This document shows, piece by piece, positions 15,743-26,884 of a stretch of DNA of 60,494 nt. Source of the DNA: a virus (Duplodnaviria; Caudoviricetes); the IMG/VR virus record IMGVR_UViG_3300032331_000843, positions 1 through 60,494 of that record, one strand, 5' to 3'. Numbering within the stretch: the first letter of the stretch is position 1; each line of letters begins with the position of its first letter. Under the pieces are notes generated by a model. It saw nothing but the letters and a program-made list of their open reading frames with translations. It did not search any database and was not told where the DNA came from. The translations under genes and the position numbers were made by a program.

Positions 15743-18700
15743 ACGCTTTCCTTACTTCTTCAACCATCCTAGAAGTTTCAGATATTAGGATTCTAGTTCT
15801 AGCAATCTCAAGCTCTTTCTCTTCCTTGCTCATGCTAGGATCTCTAGTAATCATCTGAATGTATTTACGGTACTCAGCCAAGCTCTTAGATGTCTTGTCG
15901 TACATCTTCTGCAAGGTAATCAAGTCGCCCTTCTTCTCGTAAATCTCAGCCACTTTCTCCAAGTCACCAATCTCGGTGTAACGCTTCATGTCAGCGAACG
16001 CCTGGTTGATTTTCTTGTTGTTGTCATAGAAAGCTGTAGCAAACTTAGATTGAGTCTCTGGCATAGTCTTGATAAAGCCCATACCAACCGTGTCAATCAA
16101 CGGTTTACCTGGCTTCTCTACCTCACTCCAAGGCTGAACGGCTTTGTCAGAAACAGATGCTGCCGTGCCTCCAAGCCAACCAAGATAAGCTTTGACAGCG
16201 TAGTCAACCTGAACTGGAGACATGCCTTCTGCTTCAGGACTCATTGTAAGAACCCTAGTCGCTGCTTGGCTAATACCGCCCAACGCCTTAGCTAGTGCGC
16301 TTGTGCTGTCAGTGTAGCGCTCTTGCTTAGATAAACGCTCAAGACCAGCTGACTCAATCGGCGCGCCAGTAAAGCTGTCCTTATTTGCATACAAGTCAAT
16401 CAATGGCTTGGCAAACTGTGGGATTGGGTTCAATGAGAATGTATCTGAAAGGATAGAGTGCATACGGTTTGCAAACACTTTACCTTCAACGTTCTCATCC
16501 ATAACCTGTTCAATCGTGCGCTCTGCAATCGTACCCAAAGCACCAATCTCAAACGGCTTAGGAATACGGTACTGAACGTCATTAATCTTGAACCACCAGA
16601 AGTTATCTCTGTCCCAGTCCTCACGGCGCTGGAAGTCTTCATCATCCTTGAATGTCAAGTAGAGGAGCGTAGATGCCAACATAACAGCACTAGACACAAC
16701 CATGAAACTCTGCGCCTTAATCTTGTCAGATGCCTCAATAGGCTTGCCAGTTGCTGTGTTGTAGATAAGTCTATACGTTGGAGTAATACCGTCTCTACCG
16801 AGCTTATACAAGCCCTGTAAACGTGCGTTGAAGAACGGAACCACCTGGGAAAGAACCTTAACCGCACGGAATGAACCCTGTGATGAGAAGTTCATTAAGT
16901 CTCGAGCTGCAAAAGACGCTTCCAAATGAGTCTTGCCTTCGTCAATTAGCTTCTGGTAAAGGGTTAAACGGTTAGCATTTTCAAAGCGATTACCCTGTTC
17001 GTTGTACCAATCCAAGGCTTTACCAAACATACCTTTGATTTTCTCAGGCGTATCAAGGATTGTGCCGTAGTTAACGCCCTTGTCTATCAAGCGCTTAATC
17101 ATCTTGGCTTGGTCGCCTTCGTGTGCAACACCCATCTCAAATACGCCACCACCTACCAAAGCTGACATGAATGTAGGATTACCACGGTCAGACAACTTAA
17201 GACCGTTGTAGACGTTAGTCATGATGTTCATACCAATTGGGCTAACAGCCGCCGCCTGTACAGAGTCACGCATTAAGTTGCGAATCTTATAGGCTGGAGA
17301 CAAAGTAACACCATAACGCAATGCGTTAGTAAACCCTTTGGCTACATCCAAGAACGGTGACTTAGGGCCTAGGTAGCTGATAAGGGAGATGGAGTCCACT
17401 AGATCTGGGTCAGTTACAGAATAGGCAACCTCATTGCCCTTCTCCATAATCTTAACAACGTCCTTCTTATCCACAAATCTACGCTCGCCATCTTCGGTAA
17501 CGTAGTACTGGGTAACACCCTTAACGGTAGTCTGTTTAACCTTCTCGGCTGCACCTAAATCAGCGGCTGCCTTCAATGTACTTTGAGCGGCGGCGTTCTT
17601 CATAGACGCAGACAAGATATGTGACCAGTTCATTAGAACGTTTTCCATCAAGTCGTTGGTCTTCTTCTCTCCACCCTTAAGCTTCTTAGAGAAGTATTGA
17701 CCAGTTAACTTAGAGGACGCATTCACTGAACCAACTTGCCCGTCTTCCATCTCTGAGTAGAACGGGATGTAGTAAATGTCACTAGCAAAGCGGGCGTATG
17801 CCTCATCGTCAATGATGCCTTGAGCTTTAGCAATATCAAGAACAGACCTGTTTAGCGCGTTCTCTTCCTTAAGAGCTGTCTCGTAAACCTGCTTACGTGG
17901 CACGCCATTAATCTCACCTTTGACCAATTCATCCCTGTAACCAATTAAGTCTTGGAATGAACGCTTATCTGCTGGCATTCGAGCATCACGGTTCAAAGCT
18001 TTCCAGATCTGGTACTGGTCTACTTCCTTACCCAATGGCTCAAGGATATCCAATAGACCTTTGGTTCCCTTTTTGATATTCAAGGCGCCGTTATCTAGCT
18101 CAACTTGACCGTAATACAACAATCCCTCAAGTGCACCGTCTGTAGACTTAGATAGCACGGACTTCATGTAGGCTTCGTTGGAATACTTCTTGATAGAGCG
18201 GAACTCGTCAAACAATCCCTGAATCAAACGCTCCGCCATGTTAGGACGCAACTGTTTAAACTTTTCCTGAATCGTTGCAGGAGTTTGTGTGAACTGAGCA
18301 ATAATTCTCTTGGCAACATCTGGGTTAACGTTACTTAAGTCAGCCTTCAACCTCTTAGGCGTAGGGATTTCTGCTTTTGGTTGTTTTGTTTCTTTAACAG
18401 ATTTATTACCAAGCCTAGAAATAGCTGTCTTTAACTGAGGTGACAAGTCAAATGAAGTTGGCTCCTGAATAATTGCTAAAACAGCCTGATGTGGGTAGTC
18501 AAACCCAAGCATCCCGTCTTTCTTTAGCTGGCGTAAGATGTACTGCTCTTCTTTAGTAGCCTGTTCATAAGCAGATTCAAAAGCTTCGTCTGGAGAAAAT
18601 GATTCATCATACGAACCCTGCATTCTTTTGTACATTGAAGTTAGAGTAGTTTCACGACCAAACTGATTTGGTTCATCTCGTTCGCTCCAAGCAGGAATTT

Positions 18701-21700
18701 CAGCACGGATATCAGCATCAGCTTGACTGAAATCACCAACGTTTCCAGTTGAAGACTTAATGTTGCCTGGGTTAAATACCTGAAGAGATTCAATTCTATT
18801 GCCATCCAAATCGTAGTCATAATGGAAAATAGAATCAAACCCTTGTTTCTTAAGGTCGTTGATGACCGCATCAGAAACGTTCTTGTCTGTGTATGAAGAT
18901 GTATACAAATAACTGTCTTCAGCATTCTGGTCGTACAAACCAAGCTTCTTGGCTGTATTAAGTACATCATCAGCTGAGGCAATGTTTTCCGCTTTGATGT
19001 AAACAGGCAGGATGTTTGCACCCTTAATGCCTTCAGACTCACCATCAAATCGTGCGCCTTGCTCGTATTCTTCTTTCAAAGCGTAAGAATTAGCGGCCTT
19101 TGGAGAGAACGTAAAGAACTGGTTAGGAGAGAACTTGGTAATGTCAGTTGCCGTTCCGTGATACATAACACGTGGCGCACCGTTTTTATCAACGACTTTA
19201 GAATTACCAAACCACTTTGCAAAACTATCAGCTCGATCTGCACGAATGTCATTATCTTGAATATTGAATTCACCAATATTTCCAGTAGCAGACTTAAGTT
19301 GGTTAGGCTCAAACGCAACCGCTTCCCAAATTGTTCCGTCTGGGTTCTTAATAACAATACCGTCATAACCTTCTTGCTTGGCTTGTTCAGTAATGTATTT
19401 AGAATGTTGTGGGCTATGACGAACCATACCAGTAGGCAAAACTTCTTTCTCGCCACCTTGATATATCTTAGGGTTAATCATGCGAACATATAAAGGAAGA
19501 ATGTTTCCACCTTTTGGTGGCGTCTTATCAAAGCCACCCCAATAAAGCTTAGTTCTGTCAGGCATTCCTGTTAAATAAACGCCATACCCAAAAGCACCAG
19601 CACCAGGCTTGAACTCATTAAAATCCTTGCGTGTGCCATGATATAAAACCATAGGCGTGCCATCAGGATTAACAATCTTACTGTCACCAAACCATGCGTC
19701 AAAAGCTTCTTTTCTATCCGCTGCATTAAGAGGTTCTTTTGTCTTCTGCTTGGCGGGCGCTTTAACTTCAACAGGTTCAGTTTGTTTTAACTTGCCTTCC
19801 GCTGCTTCAGCAAAGATGTCGTCAGCAATACGGAAACCTCTTCCACGCAACACGTTACCAATACGCTTAAGCATATCCAAAGCTTTAGCAATGATTGATT
19901 TAACTACTGGTGGCTGTGTCTGTCTATCAGCAAAAGCATCAGCAATTGCTTCTTCAATGCGTTCTTCTTGGCTTAAATTAGGATAACGCTGTTTAACGTT
20001 GTATTTCTGCAACCACTGTTTAGTTGCCATGTCAGACAACATCTTCCAGTCAGCATCAGAGAAGAATCCTAACTCCCTCATTGCGTGAATTGATTCGTGA
20101 TTCAACGTGCGTAATATGTTGTCGCCTGACAATGACACCTGGATAAGCTTGTCAAAGTAGTTACCGTTAACCTCAGTCATTCGTCCGTTGATTAACTGAT
20201 AGATAGAATCTTCTAGGTTTAGACCTACACCCTTTAGCCCCATCTTATCTAATGATGCACGCATATTCTTAGCCAGCGTCTCGCCTTCAGCTATGAACTT
20301 GTCTGTGTAATAACCTTGCGGTTGACGCATCTCAGCTTTAGGCTCAGGAAGAACGCCTTGCTCTACAGCTTGCTTGTACTCCATCTCAAGCGGTGCTGTT
20401 TCAGCGGAAATTTCCTGTGCTACAGGGGCGCCTTCAGGAACGAACTGTTCTTGCGGAACAGCTTGTGCTTGCGCCAGTATGTCCGCCTCTAGTTCAGCGC
20501 CTTCTAGGGGTGCTAAATCAGCTTCTGTAGGGGTTGGTTCAGGCTTAATCAAGGCACGTCTTTGACGGAACGCTTCCTCTAGCTGGTCAACTTGGGCATA
20601 AGCATCCTGCATCTTTGGAGTAACAACCACTTCTCCACGGAACGCATCCTGAATCATTTCAGTTAACTTGCGTACACCACCAACATCACCAGCCGCATCA
20701 ATGTCAGCCTGTGTCATGAAACCAGAATCTCTAGCACGAGTAGCTAACTCATCTAACTGCTGGCCATCAGGACGGAAAAGCTTACGCTTGTCGTTATTGG
20801 TGCTGATAACCTTGTTTTTGTTCTTCTTAGACTCGCCAAGAACGTCCATCATTTGGTCAGCTTTGACGCCTTGCTTGGTTAACCAGTTAGCAAACTCGTT
20901 AGTACCAAAGTCAATCGTCTTCATGGCATTGTCGTACTCCAACTGAATGATGTCTTCTTCAGTTGGGTCAACCATCACCTTATCCATCTTACGGAAAGAT
21001 TTCTTACCGCTATCATCGTAATACTTAAGCCACTCTGAGCCGTCTTTACGAGTAACTTTTTCGCCCTCAGTAACCTTTACAGATGAGTCACCTTCAGGAA
21101 CAAAGCCGAATCGAGTAATCTTTTCGCTAGAAACCTCTGGGATTTCTGGCATAGGATTGAACTTGCTCAATACTTCATTGATGCCTTCAGTGCCTAGCTG
21201 TGGAGCATACTTGGCGGCAAATGCGGCCTCATCTGATGTAGCAACAGACCCATCAGGGAATACAAAGTATGGCTTGATTGTTGGCTTATATGGCAATAAA
21301 CCAGCGATAACCTGTTCTTTAGGGGGAACAATGTTACCTTGCTCATCAAACTCAGCTGTAGAAAACGCAGACCCCTCAGCCTTACGCAAGTCTTCTTCAG
21401 CTTGTTTTGCCCTAGCTTGTTGGTTTAATTCATCTAGCTTTTGGTATGCCTTAGAGTTCTTTCTAGCCTGTAAATCACGGAACGCCTCAACACGAAGACG
21501 GTCAGCTTCATCCGCATAAGCCTCTCGTGTACCAAGTAATCCAGTATCTATTTCTTCTTCAGGAATTCTATTCTGTTCTTCTTGTAAGCGGGCAAGTTCT
21601 GCTTCACGGCGCGCTCTTGCACCCAAGGCAACACCAGCTGGGGCGCCAAATAAAGCACCGCCTAATGCACCCATAGAACTAGCCGCGCCAACACCCTTCA

Positions 21701-22604
21701 GCAACTCAGTCTCAGGGAATACTTCTTGAATACCAATGTTGCTGGCAAACTTTCCACCACCCTCTTCAAGACCCTCACTGACCGCCTCACCAATAGTACT
21801 CTTAAGGAATCCGCCAGTACCAGGCAACCCTTTACCAAGCATCGCTCTTTCAATAGACGCACCGCCTGGTAACTTAGAAGAAGCCAAACTTAAACCAGCC
21901 GCCTCAAGAGCAGCAACACGACCTTTAGCTAAAGCAATGCCCTGAGCTTCCTCTTCAGGCGTGCCTTCTTCTTTTAACCGTGAATAAATCTGTAAGTAAG
22001 TGTCATAACCTATATCTGTGCCTTGCATAACAGCACCACCAGCAAGGGCAGAGCCAACGCCAACTTTAGATACAGCCTCTTCAGTAGCATTCTTTAGTAG
22101 TAACTTAGCACCACCCTTACCCAAGGCGCCAAAACCAAACGACCCAATTAGGTTAGGTATTTGTTCAGAAAAGAAAGATGATAATAACGCTGGATCAGTA
22201 GCTAATCCCTTTAGTTGAACTCCAGCTTCTTCAAAGAAACCGTCCGCCTTAGCTACATCTCTAGCCAATAACTTTTCTTTAGCTACTAATGTAGGCGTCT
22301 TTAGTCCTTGAGCATACTTCTCAAGTTCTTGACCGTAACCTTGAATGCCAGAGTCTTGACGTTCAGGTGAAGACATACCAGCAAGCGTACCAAGTTGACC
22401 TGGTAACTGTATAAGATTACCAACACCCGCTAAAAGACTGGCACCAATGTCTTTAGTACCACCTAATAAGCCACGGGGAGCTTTAGCTTGAATCTCTGGA
22501 AACTGAGGAAGTATTTCTGTTTCAATGGCCGTCTGAATTTGTTCATTAGACATCTCATCTGGGAAGCTGACTTGGCCAACCCCCTGAATATTTACAATCG
22601 GCAT
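15729..22604 (-). CDS. Large polyvalent ejection protein: zincin metallopeptidase, two ADP-ribosyltransferase-like domains, LPD38-like C-terminus
   Basis: HESIH..EEAIADAF; two WFGxSKxVxxxGxPxVxYHGT..KSxTGN domains; VPFFNARLQG..RIPKPFEIG. Confidence 0.85.
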   Translation of the reverse strand: MPIVNIQGVGQVSFPDEMSNEQIQTAIETEILPQFPEIQAKAPRGLLGGTKDIGASLLAGVGNLIQLPGQLGTLAGMSSPERQDSGIQGYGQELEKYAQGLKTPTLVAKEKLLARDVAKADGFFEEAGVQLKGLATDPALLSSFFSEQIPNLIGSFGFGALGKGGAKLLLKNATEEAVSKVGVGSALAGGAVMQGTDIGYDTYLQIYSRLKEEGTPEEEAQGIALAKGRVAALEAAGLSLASSKLPGGASIERAMLGKGLPGTGGFLKSTIGEAVSEGLEEGGGKFASNIGIQEVFPETELLKGVGAASSMGALGGALFGAPAGVALGARARREAELARLQEEQNRIPEEEIDTGLLGTREAYADEADRLRVEAFRDLQARKNSKAYQKLDELNQQARAKQAEEDLRKAEGSAFSTAEFDEQGNIVPPKEQVIAGLLPYKPTIKPYFVFPDGSVATSDEAAFAAKYAPQLGTEGINEVLSKFNPMPEIPEVSSEKITRFGFVPEGDSSVKVTEGEKVTRKDGSEWLKYYDDSGKKSFRKMDKVMVDPTEEDIIQLEYDNAMKTIDFGTNEFANWLTKQGVKADQMMDVLGESKKNKNKVISTNNDKRKLFRPDGQQLDELATRARDSGFMTQADIDAAGDVGGVRKLTEMIQDAFRGEVVVTPKMQDAYAQVDQLEEAFRQRRALIKPEPTPTEADLAPLEGAELEADILAQAQAVPQEQFVPEGAPVAQEISAETAPLEMEYKQAVEQGVLPEPKAEMRQPQGYYTDKFIAEGETLAKNMRASLDKMGLKGVGLNLEDSIYQLINGRMTEVNGNYFDKLIQVSLSGDNILRTLNHESIHAMRELGFFSDADWKMLSDMATKQWLQKYNVKQRYPNLSQEERIEEAIADAFADRQTQPPVVKSIIAKALDMLKRIGNVLRGRGFRIADDIFAEAAEGKLKQTEPVEVKAPAKQKTKEPLNAADRKEAFDAWFGDSKIVNPDGTPMVLYHGTRKDFNEFKPGAGAFGYGVYLTGMPDRTKLYWGGFDKTPPKGGNILPLYVRMINPKIYQGGEKEVLPTGMVRHSPQHSKYITEQAKQEGYDGIVIKNPDGTIWEAVAFEPNQLKSATGNIGEFNIQDNDIRADRADSFAKWFGNSKVVDKNGAPRVMYHGTATDITKFSPNQFFTFSPKAANSYALKEEYEQGARFDGESEGIKGANILPVYIKAENIASADDVLNTAKKLGLYDQNAEDSYLYTSSYTDKNVSDAVINDLKKQGFDSIFHYDYDLDGNRIESLQVFNPGNIKSSTGNVGDFSQADADIRAEIPAWSERDEPNQFGRETTLTSMYKRMQGSYDESFSPDEAFESAYEQATKEEQYILRQLKKDGMLGFDYPHQAVLAIIQEPTSFDLSPQLKTAISRLGNKSVKETKQPKAEIPTPKRLKADLSNVNPDVAKRIIAQFTQTPATIQEKFKQLRPNMAERLIQGLFDEFRSIKKYSNEAYMKSVLSKSTDGALEGLLYYGQVELDNGALNIKKGTKGLLDILEPLGKEVDQYQIWKALNRDARMPADKRSFQDLIGYRDELVKGEINGVPRKQVYETALKEENALNRSVLDIAKAQGIIDDEAYARFASDIYYIPFYSEMEDGQVGSVNASSKLTGQYFSKKLKGGEKKTNDLMENVLMNWSHILSASMKNAAAQSTLKAAADLGAAEKVKQTTVKGVTQYYVTEDGERRFVDKKDVVKIMEKGNEVAYSVTDPDLVDSISLISYLGPKSPFLDVAKGFTNALRYGVTLSPAYKIRNLMRDSVQAAAVSPIGMNIMTNVYNGLKLSDRGNPTFMSALVGGGVFEMGVAHEGDQAKMIKRLIDKGVNYGTILDTPEKIKGMFGKALDWYNEQGNRFENANRLTLYQKLIDEGKTHLEASFAARDLMNFSSQGSFRAVKVLSQVVPFFNARLQGLYKLGRDGITPTYRLIYNTATGKPIEASDKIKAQSFMVVSSAVMLASTLLYLTFKDDEDFQRREDWDRDNFWWFKINDVQYRIPKPFEIGALGTIAERTIEQVMDENVEGKVFANRMHSILSDTFSLNPIPQFAKPLIDLYANKDSFTGAPIESAGLERLSKQERYTDSTSALAKALGGISQAATRVLTMSPEAEGMSPVQVDYAVKAYLGWLGGTAASVSDKAVQPWSEVEKPGKPLIDTVGMGFIKTMPETQSKFATAFYDNNKKINQAFADMKRYTEIGDLEKVAEIYEKKGDLITLQKMYDKTSKSLAEYRKYIQMITRDPSMSKEEKELEIARTRILISETSRMVEEVRKASKKQ

Positions 22605-22617
22605 AAGAAGCCCCTAG

Positions 22618-24015
22618 TTATTTAAGTTTTTGTCCTGGTACGTATGTTAATACGTTTGGAGCAGAAGCGGCACCACCTGATGAAGCAGCCATCAAATCTC
22701 TAGCTTTTTGGACTTTATCAGCATCAGACAAGCTTGCATTTTTCAAGTCAGACGAAACTATCTTATAAGCCTCTTCAAACGTCATAATGCCAGCTTTACC
22801 TTGACCTTGAACCAATCGAGCCAACTCTGGGTTAGTTTTGTATAAATTAGCCAACTCAGTAATAGATGATGGTTTATTAGCCGCCATCTCTTGAACACGT
22901 AATAGCTTTGTTTTGTAGTCAATATCACCACGTTCTTTTTGGATTTCCATAAGGTCTTTGAGACGCTCACGCTCTTCTTTACGTAGTCCACGAACGTCTT
23001 CACCATAACCTTTAGCGGCAGCTGAGGCGCCTTTACCTATATTGGCAAGCGCATAAGGTGATTCTCCACCCATAATGTTTAAGCCAGCCTCTAATAAACG
23101 CATGTATTTTGCATCTTCACGAGCGTCTTTAGAAGACTCGCCAGCATCCATAAGCATCTTTTCATACTTAGATAAAGCATCTTCTTTAACTGCTTCAATA
23201 GGCTTTTCTTTGTTTTTAGTGGTAACGTTACCGGCTAAAGTGTTCGTATTAGCCGCTAATTTAGCTGCACGTTCTTTCTCAAAAGCAATAGTATCTTGGT
23301 CAAACTTCTTCATGGCATCATCAGCCAATCTCTTCTCAGCATTCTTAACTTCTTGAAGGTTTTGATCTGAACGCATTTTACCTTCAGCAACTAAGTTACC
23401 TTTTTCTGTAGGTTTATCTCCTACAAACATAGGTATTTCGCCAGTTCTTGCTTTGCGACCCTTTTCGTACGTACTCATACCGTCACCACTAAAGAGACCA
23501 GAAATCCCTTCACGGAACTTAGAACCAGTAATTGGGTTGTACTCTTTAATAAAGTCTGCAAAACCAGCTGGAATGTTTGCTATTGCTTGTGAACGCTGTA
23601 AATACGGGTTGTTTCTAATGTATTCAGCACGCTCTTCCTCAGTCATTTCCTCAACTAAGTCCCCTTTAGCAAAGGCAACGATACCGCCTCCAGCCATAGA
23701 CTGCTCTTGGAACATTCCTGGGTTTACAGGCAATTGACCGATACCAACATCTGTTTGCTGTTCTGGGGCTGGTTGTTCTGCAACTGCATTGCGTTGCATC
23801 AACTGCTCCATCACAGTAGGTTGTTGTCCTTGTGTCTTCAGTGCTTGATTACGCGCTGATGCTTCAGCCATTTCAGCTTTACGGGCAAGAATTGGAGCAA
23901 TCATATCCTCACGGATCTGCTTCTTTTGAGCCATCTGCATAATCATTGCTTGTGGCAATGCTGCTAGGTCATCTATTGAATCTGTTTGCGTTCTAAGTGC
24001 GCTAAGAATACTCAT
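22618..24015 (-). CDS. Putative ejection/internal virion protein
   Basis: Position before the polyvalent protein; MAGGGIVAF motif; helical composition. Confidence 0.65.
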   Translation of the reverse strand: MSILSALRTQTDSIDDLAALPQAMIMQMAQKKQIREDMIAPILARKAEMAEASARNQALKTQGQQPTVMEQLMQRNAVAEQPAPEQQTDVGIGQLPVNPGMFQEQSMAGGGIVAFAKGDLVEEMTEEERAEYIRNNPYLQRSQAIANIPAGFADFIKEYNPITGSKFREGISGLFSGDGMSTYEKGRKARTGEIPMFVGDKPTEKGNLVAEGKMRSDQNLQEVKNAEKRLADDAMKKFDQDTIAFEKERAAKLAANTNTLAGNVTTKNKEKPIEAVKEDALSKYEKMLMDAGESSKDAREDAKYMRLLEAGLNIMGGESPYALANIGKGASAAAKGYGEDVRGLRKEERERLKDLMEIQKERGDIDYKTKLLRVQEMAANKPSSITELANLYKTNPELARLVQGQGKAGIMTFEEAYKIVSSDLKNASLSDADKVQKARDLMAASSGGAASAPNVLTYVPGQKLK

Positions 24016-24023
24016 ATTAATCC

Positions 24024-25364
24024 TTACTTCATCATGTTATACAAGGACAAACCAGTCAACCCTGTGCCAGCAAGTTGACTTGCAAAGCTTGGGTTTGGTG
24101 TAGTAACTGTCTCAGACTTAGCCACATCGCTAACAGGAACTCCACGAAAAATGTTTGATAAGTTACCAATCTGTTCAGCACTAAAGCCAGCTTTACGTAA
24201 TACGTCTTGGTATCTAGCATCAATTTCTTGCTGAGCAACTGCACGCTCCAAGTCGCCGTAAGCACCAAGAGTTTTAAGGCGGTCAATGTCAGCGGCTTGA
24301 CGAGCAACGCCAGCTGATGTCTGATTTGCGCCTAGTGAACCTAAACCAGCAGCCACGGACGCGCGCTGTTTGCTTGCCTCTAGCTCAGCTAGTTGATTAG
24401 CTTTCTGTGCTTCCAATGACTGTGCAGACTCTAACTGTTGACGCTGTTGGTCAGCCAACAAGTTCTGTTTTGCAGCCTCTTGTTGCGCCGCTTGATTAGC
24501 TAATGAAGCCCGCAATCCTTCCTTTGTTCCTAAGTCTTGAACGCCTAACTGAGCAGCTAAGTTTTGCTCACCAACTTTTAAACCAGCCGTTTGGTTTGCT
24601 AAAGCTGCCTGTAGGTTTGCTGCACGCTGACCTTCAAAACCTTTCATGGCTTGCTCATAAGCGGATTGAGAACCAGTAGCCTGTGTCTTAGCCAATAAAT
24701 CCATCAAGTTACGAGTATTCTCTGCGCCAGCCAAAGCAGAAGCAGAACCACCGTATGTGCCAGATCTAGCTGAACCCAATGTCTGTGCTAGGTTTGCTCT
24801 TTGTGCGTCACGGATAGCTTGTTGCTTTTGAACCTCAACCACTTGATCCATGTAAGGAGACATGAATTGGTTCAAAGCTTGCTGATTAAACTGGTTTGCT
24901 GCAACATCGGCAGGGCCAGTCATTTGATAAGTGGTTAGCGGGCCAATACCAACATCCTTGGCAGCAGTCATATTTAGGTCTTGAAGACCCATTGCTTGAA
25001 CTTGCTGAGGAGTCAAATTAGATAGCTGATTGTATAGATTAGATGCACTGGTCATTGATGCTTGACCTTGACCAAACTCACTAGGAGTTCCTAGCGCTTT
25101 AATCTGGTTGCCTAATTGAACCTGTGTTGGAGATAAATCTGCAACTCGACCAGCACCACCAAGTCCGGCTGCATTAATAGCATTGCCGTACATCGTGTCA
25201 TAGTCTTTACTAAATATCTCTTGCGCCTTTGGCATTAAGCCAGTAGTGGCTGGTTTATACCCAGGAGTACCTGGAGTGCCTACTTCTGGCGTACCCGTAT
25301 AGTACGGCTCTAGTATCGTTGGGATTGATCCAGTTGAGACTGATGCGCTTGTTTGAGTTGCCAT
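24024..25364 (-). CDS. Putative DNA transfer/ejection protein
   Basis: Q/A/G-rich; FMSPYMDQV, GTYGGS. Confidence 0.7.
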   Translation of the reverse strand: MATQTSASVSTGSIPTILEPYYTGTPEVGTPGTPGYKPATTGLMPKAQEIFSKDYDTMYGNAINAAGLGGAGRVADLSPTQVQLGNQIKALGTPSEFGQGQASMTSASNLYNQLSNLTPQQVQAMGLQDLNMTAAKDVGIGPLTTYQMTGPADVAANQFNQQALNQFMSPYMDQVVEVQKQQAIRDAQRANLAQTLGSARSGTYGGSASALAGAENTRNLMDLLAKTQATGSQSAYEQAMKGFEGQRAANLQAALANQTAGLKVGEQNLAAQLGVQDLGTKEGLRASLANQAAQQEAAKQNLLADQQRQQLESAQSLEAQKANQLAELEASKQRASVAAGLGSLGANQTSAGVARQAADIDRLKTLGAYGDLERAVAQQEIDARYQDVLRKAGFSAEQIGNLSNIFRGVPVSDVAKSETVTTPNPSFASQLAGTGLTGLSLYNMMK

Positions 25365-25374
25365 GATTTACCCT

Positions 25375-26850
25375 TTACGCTGGTAAAAATTTATTAGGAT
25401 TAATTTGACGTCCTTGTTTCTTCGTGCCTGTTCTGGCGCTACGAACCTTGTCCATCATTGAATATAACTGTTTTGCACCTGCTTTAGATGACCCATTACC
25501 TAAATGAGACACCACATCAGCTGGGATAACAAACTCTCCATCTGCTAATCGAGCAGGTTGATTACCGTTAATTGTTGCTGGGATTGAATCACTCATGCCA
25601 TCACCGCCACCAGATAAATATCTTGGCTGTCCACCTGCTGCATAAGTCTCAGTTTCACCACCGTACTGCTCTGGTTTATTAACCAATGCTCTGATACCAA
25701 AACCAGGAACATCACCGCCAGCAGCATACATGTAAGGATTAGCTTGCATTGCAGCAATTGCGCTCTCTCTTCCTTTATTGATGCGGGCGTCAAACTCTGC
25801 TTGTTCAGCAGCAATTCTTGCGTTTTCAATGTCTTGTTCTTCTTTAAGCTTATCCATCTCATCAAGCGCTACAGTACCCGTGTAACCCATGTACATAGGT
25901 AGAGCTGTGTTTTGCATGGTTGCACCAGATGCTTTAAATGCGTCCATTGCAGCTTTTCTTATAGCAGGGTCTGAGCTTGTTAAGTTAGATATTCCACTGC
26001 CCATGTTGGACAATTTATCTGGAATAGCCATGGTTTTATCAGCTAAATTTGAGCCAATATTTGAATAAGTAGATGGGTTAGTAGCAGTATCAATGGCGTT
26101 AGAAACACCTGTACCAATTTTATCTATAAAACTAGCTGGTGGGGCATAAGAACCAGCCGATGCTGGTGCAATACTACCTAAACCACTAGTTGCTTCCCCC
26201 GCTGCGCTACCAATATTAAGTCCTGTTTCACCAATTGCACTTGGGTCAATTCCAAAGTTAGCCGCGCCACTACCTAAACCATAAGTTTGAGGGGCAGAGG
26301 ATAATAAATTAGTTGAAGCCGCAGCTGGATCTGGTACAGGTGGTGCGCCACCCCCAGCTTCACTCAAACCTTCTGCCAAGTTTTGTGCGCCATAAGCCAT
26401 AGCACCAGCCATAAGACCACGTTTGAAGTTAAACCCGTCTTCACCAGATAAGCCAGCATACGCAGCAGCACCAAGAGGCCCACCAAAATATGCGGCGGCG
26501 GCTTGACCAACTGGGCCAGTGGCTTTAGCTACATCCTGAACCACATCCTGAATAGCGCCAGTTATAGGCTGCAAAACTACGTCATCAAACTTACTTAATA
26601 TTTTTCCCGCTGATAGCTTGCCAACACCAATAATACCTTTTCCGCCAATACTAACGGGGCCAATCTTTAGAAACTCTGGCAAACCAGTTACTGGGTTAAT
26701 CGTACCTGAACCACCCAAACGCTTAAGTAAAGCCGCCTCTTGCGGGTTAATGTGCGCTAACATAGTGTCGCCACCACGCCCCATTTGTTGCATCTCTTGG
26801 GCGATTGACTTTAATCCGTGGGCTTGGCCGCCCTGTGCGTAATAGTTCAT
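25375..26850 (-). CDS. Putative ejection protein
   Basis: GRGGDTMLAHINP..NPVTGLPE; GDGMSDSIPA..LADGEFVIPADVVS. Confidence 0.7.
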   Translation of the reverse strand: MNYYAQGGQAHGLKSIAQEMQQMGRGGDTMLAHINPQEAALLKRLGGSGTINPVTGLPEFLKIGPVSIGGKGIIGVGKLSAGKILSKFDDVVLQPITGAIQDVVQDVAKATGPVGQAAAAYFGGPLGAAAYAGLSGEDGFNFKRGLMAGAMAYGAQNLAEGLSEAGGGAPPVPDPAAASTNLLSSAPQTYGLGSGAANFGIDPSAIGETGLNIGSAAGEATSGLGSIAPASAGSYAPPASFIDKIGTGVSNAIDTATNPSTYSNIGSNLADKTMAIPDKLSNMGSGISNLTSSDPAIRKAAMDAFKASGATMQNTALPMYMGYTGTVALDEMDKLKEEQDIENARIAAEQAEFDARINKGRESAIAAMQANPYMYAAGGDVPGFGIRALVNKPEQYGGETETYAAGGQPRYLSGGGDGMSDSIPATINGNQPARLADGEFVIPADVVSHLGNGSSKAGAKQLYSMMDKVRSARTGTKKQGRQINPNKFLPA

Positions 26851-26884
26851 ACGAACCTCATTGGGTTATTTATGTTGAATGTTA

